Positions 18,572 through 28,558 of a DNA stretch of 64,000 bases are shown in pieces. The notes beneath the pieces are model-generated. The model was given only the letters and a program-made list of their open reading frames with translations. It was not told where the DNA came from and did not search any database. Each line of letters starts with the position of its first letter. Position 1 is the stretch's first letter. The translations under genes were made by a program, and so were the position numbers. Origin of the DNA: Candidatus Eiseniibacteriota bacterium (GTDB lineage: Bacteria; Eisenbacteria; RBG-16-71-46; JABDJR01); NCBI GenBank assembly GCA_963762255.1, contig CAVXKA010000003.1, forward strand, positions 256,001 to 320,000, in the 5' to 3' direction.

Positions 18572-19659
18572 CCCCCGACATCAACGTGCTCCTTGCCTTC
18601 GCCCTCAAACAAGGGGCTTCCGACTTGCATTTGAGCTCCGGTATGTCCCCCATGGTGCGCCTGCATGGCGAGATGACCCGTCTCGATGTGCCGCCCATAG
18701 ACGCCGGGACCCTCGCCGGCATGATCCACACGATCATGACCGAAGATCAGAAGCAGCGATTCGCCGATCACCTCGAGTTGGATTTCGCGATCGAGTTGAC
18801 CGACATGGGCCGCTTCCGCGTGAACGCGTTCACGCACACACGCGGCCCGGGCGCGGTGCTGCGGGCGATTCCGTGCCGGGTGCCCACGCTGGAGGAGATG
18901 GGGCTCCCCAAGATCCTCGCCGAGATGGCGATGAAGGAGCGCGGCCTCATCCTCGTGACCGGCCCCACCGGCAGCGGCAAATCGACCACGCTCGCCGCCA
19001 TGGTCAACCACATCAACGAGCGCCGCCGCGGTCACATCATCACCATCGAGGATCCGATCGAGTTCATCCACACCCCGAAGAACTGTCTCATCAACCAGCG
19101 TGAGGTCGGGCGGCACACGCATTCCTTCGCGAACGCGCTCCGCAGCGCGCTGCGCGAGGACCCCGACGTGATCCTGGTGGGAGAGCTGCGCGATCTCGAA
19201 ACCACGCAGCTCGCGATCACCGCCGCCGAGACAGGGCACGTGGTGTTCGGCACGCTGCACACCAACAGCGCGGCCAAGACGGTGGACCGCGTCATCGACG
19301 TCTTCCCGAGCGGACAGCAGTCTCAGATCCGCAGCATGTTCTCGGAGTCGATCATGGGCATCATCGCCCAGACCCTCCTCAAGAAGAGACAAGGGGGCGG
19401 GCGGGTCTGCGCGCAGGAGATCCTGGTCGCCATCCCCGCGGTGCGTAACCTCATCCGCGAGGAGAAGACGGCGCAGATGCTCTCGGTGATCCAGACCGGC
19501 GCCCAGCACGGCATGCAGAGCATGGATCAGTGCCTCAAGAACCTGGTCATGGAGGGGATCGTCGACGCGCAGGAGGCGGCCATGAAAGCCACCACGCCGT
19601 CGATCATCCTGGGGCACAAGGAGCCGGAGAGCGGGACCAACGGTCGGAAAGCGGCCTAG
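18568..19659 (+). CDS. pilT: Type IV pilus retraction ATPase PilT
   Basis: ASDLHL, GPTGSGKSTT, TIEDPIE, QREVG, LREDPDVILVGELRD, GTLHT, AVRNLIRE, GMQ. Confidence 0.95.
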   Translation: MTPDINVLLAFALKQGASDLHLSSGMSPMVRLHGEMTRLDVPPIDAGTLAGMIHTIMTEDQKQRFADHLELDFAIELTDMGRFRVNAFTHTRGPGAVLRAIPCRVPTLEEMGLPKILAEMAMKERGLILVTGPTGSGKSTTLAAMVNHINERRRGHIITIEDPIEFIHTPKNCLINQREVGRHTHSFANALRSALREDPDVILVGELRDLETTQLAITAAETGHVVFGTLHTNSAAKTVDRVIDVFPSGQQSQIRSMFSESIMGIIAQTLLKKRQGGGRVCAQEILVAIPAVRNLIREEKTAQMLSVIQTGAQHGMQSMDQCLKNLVMEGIVDAQEAAMKATTPSIILGHKEPESGTNGRKAA

Positions 19660-20918
19660 ACCGGGCGCTCCCCGAACACCGCCCGGAAGAGCACTTCGTC
19701 GGCCGGCTCCATCACGACCTGCCGCCGGCCCATGACCGCGCGTGCCACCGCGAGCGCCTTCTCCACGTCATAGCGCTCCGAGCTCTGCACCCCGCCCCAG
19801 GTGAAGGACGGCAGATGCTTGGGCGGAAACCCCGCCCCGAACACGTTGCAGGAGAATCCCACCACCGTCCCCGTGTTGAAGAGCGTGCCGATCGCGCTTT
19901 TCGAGTGGTCTCCCATGAAGAGACCCACGAACTGGCTGCCCGTGTCGACCTCGCCGTCCGGCGTCCACACCCGCACCGTTCCGTAGTTGTTCTTGAGATC
20001 CGAGTTGTTGGTGGCGGCGCCGAGGTTGGTCCATGCACCCAGGTACGCGTGTCCGAGGTAGCCGTCATGCTGCTTGTTCGAGTAACCCTGAAGGATCGAG
20101 CCTTCGACCTCGCCCCCCACCTTGCACGACGGTCCGATCGAGACCGGGCCCTCGAGCTTCGCCCCGAAACGGATCAGACTGCGCGGACCGATGAACGCGG
20201 GACCGAGCACGACCGCGTTGTGCATGACGCGCGCGCCCTCGCCGAGGATGATGGGGCCGCCGGAGGCGTCCAGGATGGCGCCCGCCTCCACGCGGGCGTT
20301 CTCGCGGGCGAGGATGCGGTCCTTGTGCAGGAGCTGCGCCCCCGGCGCCACGTCGGGCAGCCGTTGGAGTTGCGGCTGATTCGCCCACTCGAAATCGTCC
20401 TCGAGCACCTCGGCGTTCCACGCCACGAGGTCCCAGAGGTGATCGACGAGCCTCACGCCCTCCGGAGCCCCGGCCACGGTATGGTCGCGGGGAAACGGCG
20501 CCGGCTCGCCCGACTCCAGCGCGCGCACCAGTTCCCCGGCGAACGCGGCCGCCGTCGCGCCGGTGACGCGGGCCGCCACGAGCTCGCCGTTGCGCTGCAC
20601 CGCCACCGCCTTGTCCAGCAACGTGTGCAGATCGGTGATCGCATCGCCGAGACAGAGGAGCCTCCCGTTGAGGAAGAGCACGTCCTCGCCGGTCTCGCGA
20701 TTCACGCCGTGCCCGGCATACTCCCGCTCGACCCCCGGCCGCAACTGCTCGCGGCACAGGAAGTCGACCCGTTTGAGATCGCGCCGACCGAGTTGCAGCG
20801 TGAGCCTCCGCCCGAGCGTCGCCGCTCCCACTCTGCAGTCGAACGTGGGCCGGGAAAGGGTGATCGGATAGAGTCGCCGCCACCCAGCATCTTCGAAGAT
20901 CACCACCTGATGGTTCAT
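19656..20918 (-). CDS. Putative sugar nucleotidyltransferase with hexapeptide repeats (alternative GlmU-like family)
   Basis: LYPITLSRP..CRVG, CKVGGEVE, NKQHDGYLG, NLGA.TNNSDLKNNY, NTGTVVG. Confidence 0.85.
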   Translation of the reverse strand: MNHQVVIFEDAGWRRLYPITLSRPTFDCRVGAATLGRRLTLQLGRRDLKRVDFLCREQLRPGVEREYAGHGVNRETGEDVLFLNGRLLCLGDAITDLHTLLDKAVAVQRNGELVAARVTGATAAAFAGELVRALESGEPAPFPRDHTVAGAPEGVRLVDHLWDLVAWNAEVLEDDFEWANQPQLQRLPDVAPGAQLLHKDRILARENARVEAGAILDASGGPIILGEGARVMHNAVVLGPAFIGPRSLIRFGAKLEGPVSIGPSCKVGGEVEGSILQGYSNKQHDGYLGHAYLGAWTNLGAATNNSDLKNNYGTVRVWTPDGEVDTGSQFVGLFMGDHSKSAIGTLFNTGTVVGFSCNVFGAGFPPKHLPSFTWGGVQSSERYDVEKALAVARAVMGRRQVVMEPADEVLFRAVFGERPV

Positions 20919-22798
20919 CGCGATTCCTCCCCGAGCGCCGATCCGAACGGGGCGTCGGGATCCCTCCACGTCACGCGTCCGCCCATCACCGTGAGTCGCG
21001 CCCGAGCCGTCAATAGATCGTCCGGGTCGCAGGTGACGAGATCGCGGTCCCACACCACGAAGTCCGCATCCTTGCCCGGGGTGAGGGTTCCCCGGCGGTG
21101 CAGATCCCCGGAAGCGTACGCGGGGGCGGCGGTGAACGCCACCAGCGCTTCTTCACGCGAGAGTCGTTGCTCGGGGGCCCAGCCCGCCGGGGGAGCGCCG
21201 TCCGTGCCCCGCCGCGTCACCGCAGCATAGAGACCGAGAATCGGGTTCGGGGACTCGATCGGAAAGTCGCTCCCGGCGGCGAGCACCGCGCCGCCTTCCA
21301 GCACCGAACGCCAGGCGTAGGCTCCGCGGAGCCGCGCGCCGCCGAGCCGCTCCGGCACCCAGGGCATGTCGCTCGTGCAGTGGGTGGGCTGCATGCTCGC
21401 CAGCACCCCCAGGGCGGCGATGCGAGGGATGTCCTCGCTCGTGAGGATCTGCGCATGCTCGAGCCGAATCGGGGGGCGCACCGAGGCCACGGCTCCGATC
21501 CCGCTCTGCGGCGCGGCGGGCGCCGGGCGCGGGGCGAACGCGGGATCGCCGCTCGCCCGCAGCCGTTCCCACGCGTCGAGCAGCGTCCGGTTCCCGCGAT
21601 CCCCGATGGCGTGCACCGCGCATTGGAAGCCGGCGCGCAGCGCGCGCGAGAGCCCGCGCTCAGTGGTCTCGCGATCCATGAGCAAGAGCCCGCGATTGCC
21701 GGGGTCGTCCGCGTAGGGTTCCAGAAGCGCGGCACCGCGCGAGCCGAGCGCGCCGTCCATATAGAACTTGACCATGCCGAGCTTGAACACTCCCGCGTGC
21801 CATTCTAGGTCGGGGCCCTGCATGAGAACGTCGAGCGATTCAGCCCCGTCGGTGGATCCCGCTTCGACCATCGCGGCCGTCGCGTTGAGGGCGCCGTAGA
21901 CGCGAACGACGAGATCGCCGCTCTCGGCGAGCCCTCGATAGACGGGGAGATCATCGGGGTCGAGCCCCATGTCGTGCACGCCGGTGAGACCGCACGCGGC
22001 GAGCCGCTCCATCGCGTGCCGGATCGCGCGCATCTTGGCCGCGGCCTCGACACGCGGTCGCACGCGGACGACGAGATCCTGGGCGTTGTCGACGAGGATG
22101 CCGGTCGGCTCTCCGACGGCGTCTCGGAGGATCTTCCCTCCCGCAGGGTCCGGCGTGTTCTTCGTTACCCCGGCCAACGCGAGCGCCTTCGAGTTCACCC
22201 ACGCCGCGTGTCCGTCGATACGCGAGAGCATGACCGGAAAGTCGGCGCACACGCGGTCGAGGTCCGCGGACGTGGGGTATCGATTCTCCGGCCAGTCGTT
22301 CTGATCCCACCCGCGCCCGAGAATCCACCCGCTTCCCTCCCCGGCCCGACGATCCGAAGCAGCCGCGGCCACACGGCTCAACGCCTCCTCGACCGAGCGG
22401 GCGCCGGCAAGGTCGACGCGCTCCAGCGAGAGCCCGAAGCTCTGGATGTGAGCGTGGGCGTCGACCAGACCCGGCGTCACGAAGGCCCCCCCGAGGTCCA
22501 CGCGCCTCGCCCCCTCCCCGGCGGCCGCCAGAACCTCGGTCCGGAGCCCCACGGCTCGGATCACCCCGTCTTCGACGAGCAGGGCCTCCCCCGCCGGCCG
22601 TTCCGGGTCACCGGTCCAGATCACCGCGTTTTCATAGAGCATCGACTCCGCCTCCGCCGTAGGCGTCCATCCGGGCCCCAGCACCGCCACCAGGGGGAAA
22701 AGCGCCCAAACCCCCGCCCTGGGCAACAGGGCGTGGGCTACGGTGCCGCCGCCTCGCAGCCGATAACTTGGATTGCCCCTACCCCTGACTTCTTTCAC
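20915..22798 (-). CDS. YtcJ-like amidohydrolase (start uncertain; alternative ATG at 22642)
   Basis: PGLVDAHAH, GRGWDQ, R.DGHAAW.NS, KFYMDGALGSRGA, HAIGD, EHAQ, SMQP.H, GSDFP, GKDADF. Confidence 0.9.
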   Translation of the reverse strand: MKEVRGRGNPSYRLRGGGTVAHALLPRAGVWALFPLVAVLGPGWTPTAEAESMLYENAVIWTGDPERPAGEALLVEDGVIRAVGLRTEVLAAAGEGARRVDLGGAFVTPGLVDAHAHIQSFGLSLERVDLAGARSVEEALSRVAAAASDRRAGEGSGWILGRGWDQNDWPENRYPTSADLDRVCADFPVMLSRIDGHAAWVNSKALALAGVTKNTPDPAGGKILRDAVGEPTGILVDNAQDLVVRVRPRVEAAAKMRAIRHAMERLAACGLTGVHDMGLDPDDLPVYRGLAESGDLVVRVYGALNATAAMVEAGSTDGAESLDVLMQGPDLEWHAGVFKLGMVKFYMDGALGSRGAALLEPYADDPGNRGLLLMDRETTERGLSRALRAGFQCAVHAIGDRGNRTLLDAWERLRASGDPAFAPRPAPAAPQSGIGAVASVRPPIRLEHAQILTSEDIPRIAALGVLASMQPTHCTSDMPWVPERLGGARLRGAYAWRSVLEGGAVLAAGSDFPIESPNPILGLYAAVTRRGTDGAPPAGWAPEQRLSREEALVAFTAAPAYASGDLHRRGTLTPGKDADFVVWDRDLVTCDPDDLLTARARLTVMGGRVTWRDPDAPFGSALGEESR

Positions 22799-22810
22799 GG
22801 AGAATCCAAC

Positions 22811-23932
22811 GTGTCCGTCCAACTTCAAGCGTCCGGCCTTTCGTCGTGCCCACCCGCGTCCCCCGACGACGACCACTCGTCGTACCGGGCCATCCTACGC
22901 CATGAGGACCTGCTCGGCGACGATGGCGTGCCGCCCGTTCAGGATCCGGCGCCCCACGCCCGGTGGCCCATGATGGCCCGCATCGGGGCCGGAGTGGCCG
23001 CCTCCGCGGTGACCACGCCCTTCATCGCCATGCTGTCGGGACAGGACGCCGGCCACCTGGTGCCGATCGCCCTCCTGACCGCGGCCACCGGTATCGTGGG
23101 TGCGCAGGCAAGCTACCTCATCACGCGTCGCGAGATCACGACCTGGATGGGACGCATGTCGCAGCGCACCGAGCGCCTCTTCCGCCGCGAGCCGGGCCAG
23201 ACATCTCCCGACCCGGTCGACTTCGAGCGCTATCTCTACAGCCTGGCCGGAAACCTCGAGATCACCCTGGAGCATCAGATCAGTCAGGAGCGCGACGCGC
23301 TGCTGCACACCATCACCTCGCTGGCGTCCGCGCTCGAAGCGCGCGACCCTTTCACCCGAAATCACTCCTCGAACGTGGCCAAGTTCGCGGTGCGTGTGGG
23401 GAAGCAAATGGGGCTCCCCCGCGCGGAACTCTACGAGATCCACCTGGCCGGGCTCCTGCATGACATCGGCAAGATCGGCGTTCCCGACTCCATCCTCCTC
23501 AAGCCGGCCGGTCTCACCCGCGAAGAGTACGAGGTGATGAAGACCCATCCCGTGCTCGGCGCGCGCATCATCTCCGGTATCCCCGGCCTGGAATCGGTGA
23601 CGAAGATCGTGCTCCACCACCACGAGATGTGGAACGGGCAGGGCTACCCGGACGGGATCTCCAGCCGCGACATCCCGGTGGGCGCCCGCATCATCGCTGC
23701 CAGCGATACCTACCTCTCGATGGTGGAGGATCGCCCCTACCGCGCCGCCCAGCGATTGGACCGGGTCTTCCGCGAGTTGCGGCGGGTGGCGGGCGAGCAA
23801 CTCGACCCCGACGTGGTGGAGGCTCTGCTCATCATGATCCAGCGGGAGACGGAGACCTTCGGCAGCCCGCTTTTGGGGAACTACGAGAGCCTGTCGACGG
23901 GCGAAGAGGCGGAGACGAGCGAAGCGGCTTAG
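22811..23932 (+). CDS. Membrane-bound HD-GYP domain protein (cyclic dinucleotide phosphodiesterase family)
   Basis: Two TM helices, ARDPFT.NHS, LHDIGK, HHE.WNG.GYPDG, RPYR; GTG after GGAG. Confidence 0.85.
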   Translation: MSVQLQASGLSSCPPASPDDDHSSYRAILRHEDLLGDDGVPPVQDPAPHARWPMMARIGAGVAASAVTTPFIAMLSGQDAGHLVPIALLTAATGIVGAQASYLITRREITTWMGRMSQRTERLFRREPGQTSPDPVDFERYLYSLAGNLEITLEHQISQERDALLHTITSLASALEARDPFTRNHSSNVAKFAVRVGKQMGLPRAELYEIHLAGLLHDIGKIGVPDSILLKPAGLTREEYEVMKTHPVLGARIISGIPGLESVTKIVLHHHEMWNGQGYPDGISSRDIPVGARIIAASDTYLSMVEDRPYRAAQRLDRVFRELRRVAGEQLDPDVVEALLIMIQRETETFGSPLLGNYESLSTGEEAETSEAA

Positions 23933-23960
23933 CCGTCCAACCCCGCGCGAAGTCCGCCGC

Positions 23961-24911
23961 TCAGCCCCGCGCGAACAGCGCGGCGGCGAAGGTGTCGGCC
24001 TCGAACGGAGCGAGATCGTCGATCCCCTCGCCCAGTCCAAGAAACCGCACCGGAATCTGGAGTTGATCGGCGATCGCCACGACCACGCCCCCCTTGGCGG
24101 AACCGTCCACCTTGGTGAGGACGAGGCCGGTGACCTGCACGACTTCGCTGAACTGGCGAGCCTGTTGGATCGCGTTCTGGCCGGTGGTGGCGTCGAGGAC
24201 GAGCAGCACCTCATGAGGGGCGCCCGGGATGCGCTTGCCGATCACGCGGCCGATCTTGCGCAGCTCCTCCATCAGATTCACCTTGGTCTGGAGCCGCCCC
24301 GCGGTGTCGACGAGCACCACGTCGGCGTTGCGAGCCTGGGCCGCCGCCACTGCGTCGTAGGCCACCGAGGCCGGGTCCGCCCCGGACTGGTTCGCCACGA
24401 TCTCCACTCCGGCGCGCTCCGCCCAGATGCGGAGCTGCTCCACCGCGGCGGCCCGGAAGGTGTCGGCTGCTCCCACCACCACGCTCTTCCCTTCGCGCCG
24501 ATAGTGATTCGCGAGCTTGCCGAGTGTGGTCGTCTTGCCGGTGCCGTTCACCCCCACCAGCATCACCACCCAGGGTTTCTCCGTGGAGGGAGCCGGGGGC
24601 GCGCTTTCCCCGGCCTTGAGGATGGCCGCGACTTCCTCCGCGAGGGCTTCCTCCAGCGCGGCGCCGTCGGCGAGGCCCTCCGCGTGCGCCCGCTCGCGAA
24701 GGCGTAAGACCAGCTTCTCCGCCGCCGCCACGCCCACATCACCCGCGATCAGGACCTCTTCCAGCTCCTCGAAGGTCGCGTCGTCGAGGCGAGGCCGCCC
24801 GGTGAGCACCTTGTGGACGTTGTCGGCGAAGGCCTCGCGCGTGCGGCTGAGGCTCTCCTTGAGCTTCGCTCCGGAGAGGCTCTCCTTGAGCTTGTTGAAC
24901 AGCCCGCGCAC
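23961..24911 (-). CDS. ftsY: Signal recognition particle receptor FtsY
   Basis: GVNGTGKTT, DTFRAAA, DTAGR, TKVDGSAKGG. Confidence 0.97.
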   Translation of the reverse strand: MRGLFNKLKESLSGAKLKESLSRTREAFADNVHKVLTGRPRLDDATFEELEEVLIAGDVGVAAAEKLVLRLRERAHAEGLADGAALEEALAEEVAAILKAGESAPPAPSTEKPWVVMLVGVNGTGKTTTLGKLANHYRREGKSVVVGAADTFRAAAVEQLRIWAERAGVEIVANQSGADPASVAYDAVAAAQARNADVVLVDTAGRLQTKVNLMEELRKIGRVIGKRIPGAPHEVLLVLDATTGQNAIQQARQFSEVVQVTGLVLTKVDGSAKGGVVVAIADQLQIPVRFLGLGEGIDDLAPFEADTFAAALFARG

Positions 24912-24913
24912 GG

Positions 24914-27900
24914 CTACTGAACGATGACCGACTCGGGGGAGAGCGGCTCCTCGCTCTCGGTGTGTCCCCCGTTGCCGCCGTTGCCGTGACCGTTCCCCTC
25001 GCGCTTGTGAGCGGCGCCGGTGCGGGCCGCAACTTCCTCCGCGCGCAACCCGTCCAGACGCACCGAGACGACGCTCGACACCCCCGGCTTCTGCATGGTC
25101 ACCCCGTAGAGGCAGTCGGAGGCTTCCATCGTCTTCTTGTTGTGCGTGATCACGATGAACTGCGTCCGCTTGGAGAACTCCTTCACCATGGCCACGAAGC
25201 GGTCAATGTTGGCGTCGTCCAGCGGCGCATCCACTTCGTCCAGGATGCAGAACGGCGAAGGCTTCACCAGGTAGATCGCGAAGAGAAGCGCGATCGCGGT
25301 CAGAGCCCTCTCCCCGCTGGAGAGCTGGGCGATGGACTGCGGCCGCTTCCCGCGCGGGCGCGCGGTCACGTCGATGTCGGCCTCCAGCGGATCGTCCCCC
25401 ACCAGGGTCAGCGAGCACTCTCCGCCCTGGAAGAGCACCTGGAAGGTCTTCTGGAAGTTCGCCTGCACGACGGCGAAGGTGTCGGTGAACATCTTGGCCG
25501 CGGTCTTGTTGATCTGCTCGATGGTCTTCAAGAGCGAGTCCTTGGCGCTGAACAGGTCGTCCCGCTGCGTGCTCATGAAGTCGAAACGCTGCTTCTTCTC
25601 CTCGTACTCTTCCACCGCGAGCAGGTTCACCGGACCGATGCGCTTCAGGCGATCGCGCAGGTCGTCGAGACGGACGGACGCATCCTCCGGGATCTCCCCG
25701 ATCTCCAGGCCGTCCAGTCCCTCCGGCGTGATCTCGTAGTCCTGGTAGAGACGCTCTTCGAGGTGGCGCAGATCCCCGCGCAGCTCGCTCAACCGGAGTT
25801 CGGCCGCGTGGACCGTCTCGCGGTGCAGCGCCGCGCGCCGGCGGACCTCGCGGACCGCGTCGGTGTCCTGCTGCTCACGGGCGAACGCGTCGCTGCGCGC
25901 CCGCTCCCGTTCGTTCACCACGCCCTGGCGCTCGTCGCGCTGCCGGTGAAGCCGGTCGATGCGTTCGCCGGTCTCGCCGAGTTCACGCTCGCTCTCCCCG
26001 ACGCGGAGAAGCGCGTCGGCCTCGTCGCGCACCGCGCGCTCGCGCTCGCCGGTCAGGTCCGTGCGCTCCCGATCGAGACGCTCCACCGAGGCATGGGCGT
26101 CACGGAGTTCCGACTCGATCCGCGCCCACACCATCTTCATTTCGTGAACGCCGGTGAGCACGCGTTCGCGTTCGGTCTCCGCTTCGGCCTGCACCGTTTC
26201 CAGTGCGGCCAGCGCACGATCGGCCTCGTCCGCCAGGCGTCCCGTCTCGTCGCGGGTGACCGTCTGGCGTCCCTGTTCGTCACGTAGCGCCGCGTGACCG
26301 TCCGCGAGCCGCCGCTGCTCGTCCTGGAGCCCGGATACCGACTCGCCCGCGTGCCGGAGTTCGAGACCCAGCGCCGCTTCCTCTTTCTCGAGCGACGAGA
26401 GCGCGTGCCGGGCGCCGGCCAGATCCTGGCCCAGCGTCTCCGACTCCCGCTCCCAGGTCTCGCGCTCCTCGCGAAGCGCCTGCTCCCGCCGCGTGAGCGC
26501 GCCGAGGACGCTCATCAGGCCGTCGATTTCGTGGCGACACCGATCGAGCCCCTCCAGACGCTCGACCAGTTCCGCCCCTGCGGGACCGCCTTCGCCGCCG
26601 GCCATCGCCGCGCCATCCACGAGCTGTCCGGCGCGGGTCGCCGCGCGCCGGGCGCGCCCCTCACCCACCACGCGCATCGCCTCGTCGAGGTCATCGACCA
26701 GTGCCAGATCACCGAAGAGATAGCGCACGAGACCGCGATAGGCGGGGTCGGTCTCGATCACTTCCGAGGCCCACACGAGGCCGTCCCCGCGCGCCTCCGG
26801 CGCCGGAACCCGATCGAGTGGAATGAGCGTGGCGTAGCCGAGCGCTTCGTTCTTGAGCCGCCCCACCAGTCGACGCGCGGCGTCCGTGTCGTCCACCACG
26901 ACAACCTGCCAGACCGTGCTCAGCGCAGGCTCCAGCGCGGGGACCCAATCGGCGGGAAGGCGGAGCAGATCGCCCACCGTGCCTCGCACGCCGGGGTCGC
27001 GCCCCTCCGCCAACATGAGCGCACGCACGCCGGGGTCGAAGCCCTCGTAACGCTCGCGCAGTCCCTCCAGGGTCTGCAAGCGCGAGCGCGCGGCCGCGTC
27101 GCTCTGGCGGGCCGCACCCAGCTCCGCGCGCAGTTCCTCCGAGCGCCGCTCCCAATCCTCGTGCCGCGCGTCGAGCGCGCGCCGGGCTTCCTCGAAGGAC
27201 TCCGCACGCCGGCGCGCTGCGGCCACGTTCGCCTTCGCCGCCTCCAGCGCGGCGGCGCTGTCGCGCTCCTGAACGCGCGCGCCGTTCAGACGCGCTTCGA
27301 TCGCGACCAGACGTCCCTCCAGATCCTCCAGCCGCTTGCCCGAAGCCGCCACTTCACCCTCGGCGCGAATGCGCTCGTCGCGGCGGCGCACCGCGACCTG
27401 CTTGGCCTCGGCAACCTGCTCGCGAGCTCCGCGCATGCGGGCGTCGGCGCCGGCGAGGTCGCGTTCCCGCTCCTCCAGCCGTTCGCGCTCGGTCGTCTCG
27501 CGGCCGCCGAGATCCACGAGCCGCGCCGAGACCTCCTCGCGCGCGGCGGCGTTTCGATCCAGCCGGTCGGCGAGGCGCACCTGCAACTCCTGCGATTCCT
27601 TGATGCGATCCCGATAGGCGGCGAGCCGCTCGCGCAGCACCACCGTCCAGTTGTTGGCGCGGCCCAACTCGTCGTCGACCTGGGCGAGAAGCTCGCGGGC
27701 TTCGCTCAAGCTGCGCTCTTCCTCCAGAACCTCCAGGTGCAGTTCCTGGAGCCGCGCCTCCAACTTCGGCCACCTCGGTCTCGCCGCTCTCCGCCTGATG
27801 CAGCGCCTCGGCGTGCCGCGCGCCCAGCCCCGCGATCTCGGTCACCCAGCGCCGCCGCTCCACCTGGGAGTGCGCGAGGTCGATGCCCCGGATCTCCGTC

Positions 27901-28556
27901 ATGAGTTCCTGGTACCGGCGCGCCTTGCCCACCTGCCGGTGCAGGGATCCCACCTGACGCTCGACCTCGGTGATGATGTCGTTGACGCGCAACAGATCGC
28001 GCTCGGTGGCCTCGAGCTTGGTCAAGGCCTCCTTCTTGCGCGTCTTGTACTTCATGATCCCCGCCGCTTCCTCGAAGAGGAACCGGCGGTGGCCGGTCGT
28101 GTCGGAGAGGATGTTGTCGACCATCTGGCGCTCGATCACCGAGTAGGCGTGGCTTCCCATGCCGGTGTCGAGAAAGAGATCCCGCACGTCCTTGAGCCGA
28201 ACCGGCTGCTTGTTGATCGTGTACTCGGAGAGGCCGGAGCGGTACAGGCGGCGGCCCACCGTGACCGTGCCGTACTCGATGGGAAGACGGCCCCGGTCGT
28301 TGTTGAGCGTGAGTTCGACCTCGGCGATGGAGAGCGGCTTCTCGTCGCGGCTGCCGTTGAAGATCACGTCTTCCATCTTGACGCCGCGGAGCTGCTTGGT
28401 GGACTGCTCGCCCAACACCCAGCGGATGGCGTCCACGATGTTGCTCTTGCCGCAACCGTTGGGTCCGATCACGCCGGAGATGCCGCTCCCGAACTCGAGC
28501 GAGACGCGCTGATTGAAGGACTTGAAGCCGAAGAGCGAAAGTTTCTCGACGAACAC
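24914..28556 (-). CDS. smc: Chromosome segregation protein SMC, with a 1-nt frameshift near 27765
   Basis: N-part GFKSF, GPNGCGKSN; hinge; C-part LSSGE, LDEVDAPLD, ITH; the two parts are in different frames and together give about 1200 aa. Confidence 0.9.
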
Positions 28557-28558
28557 GT

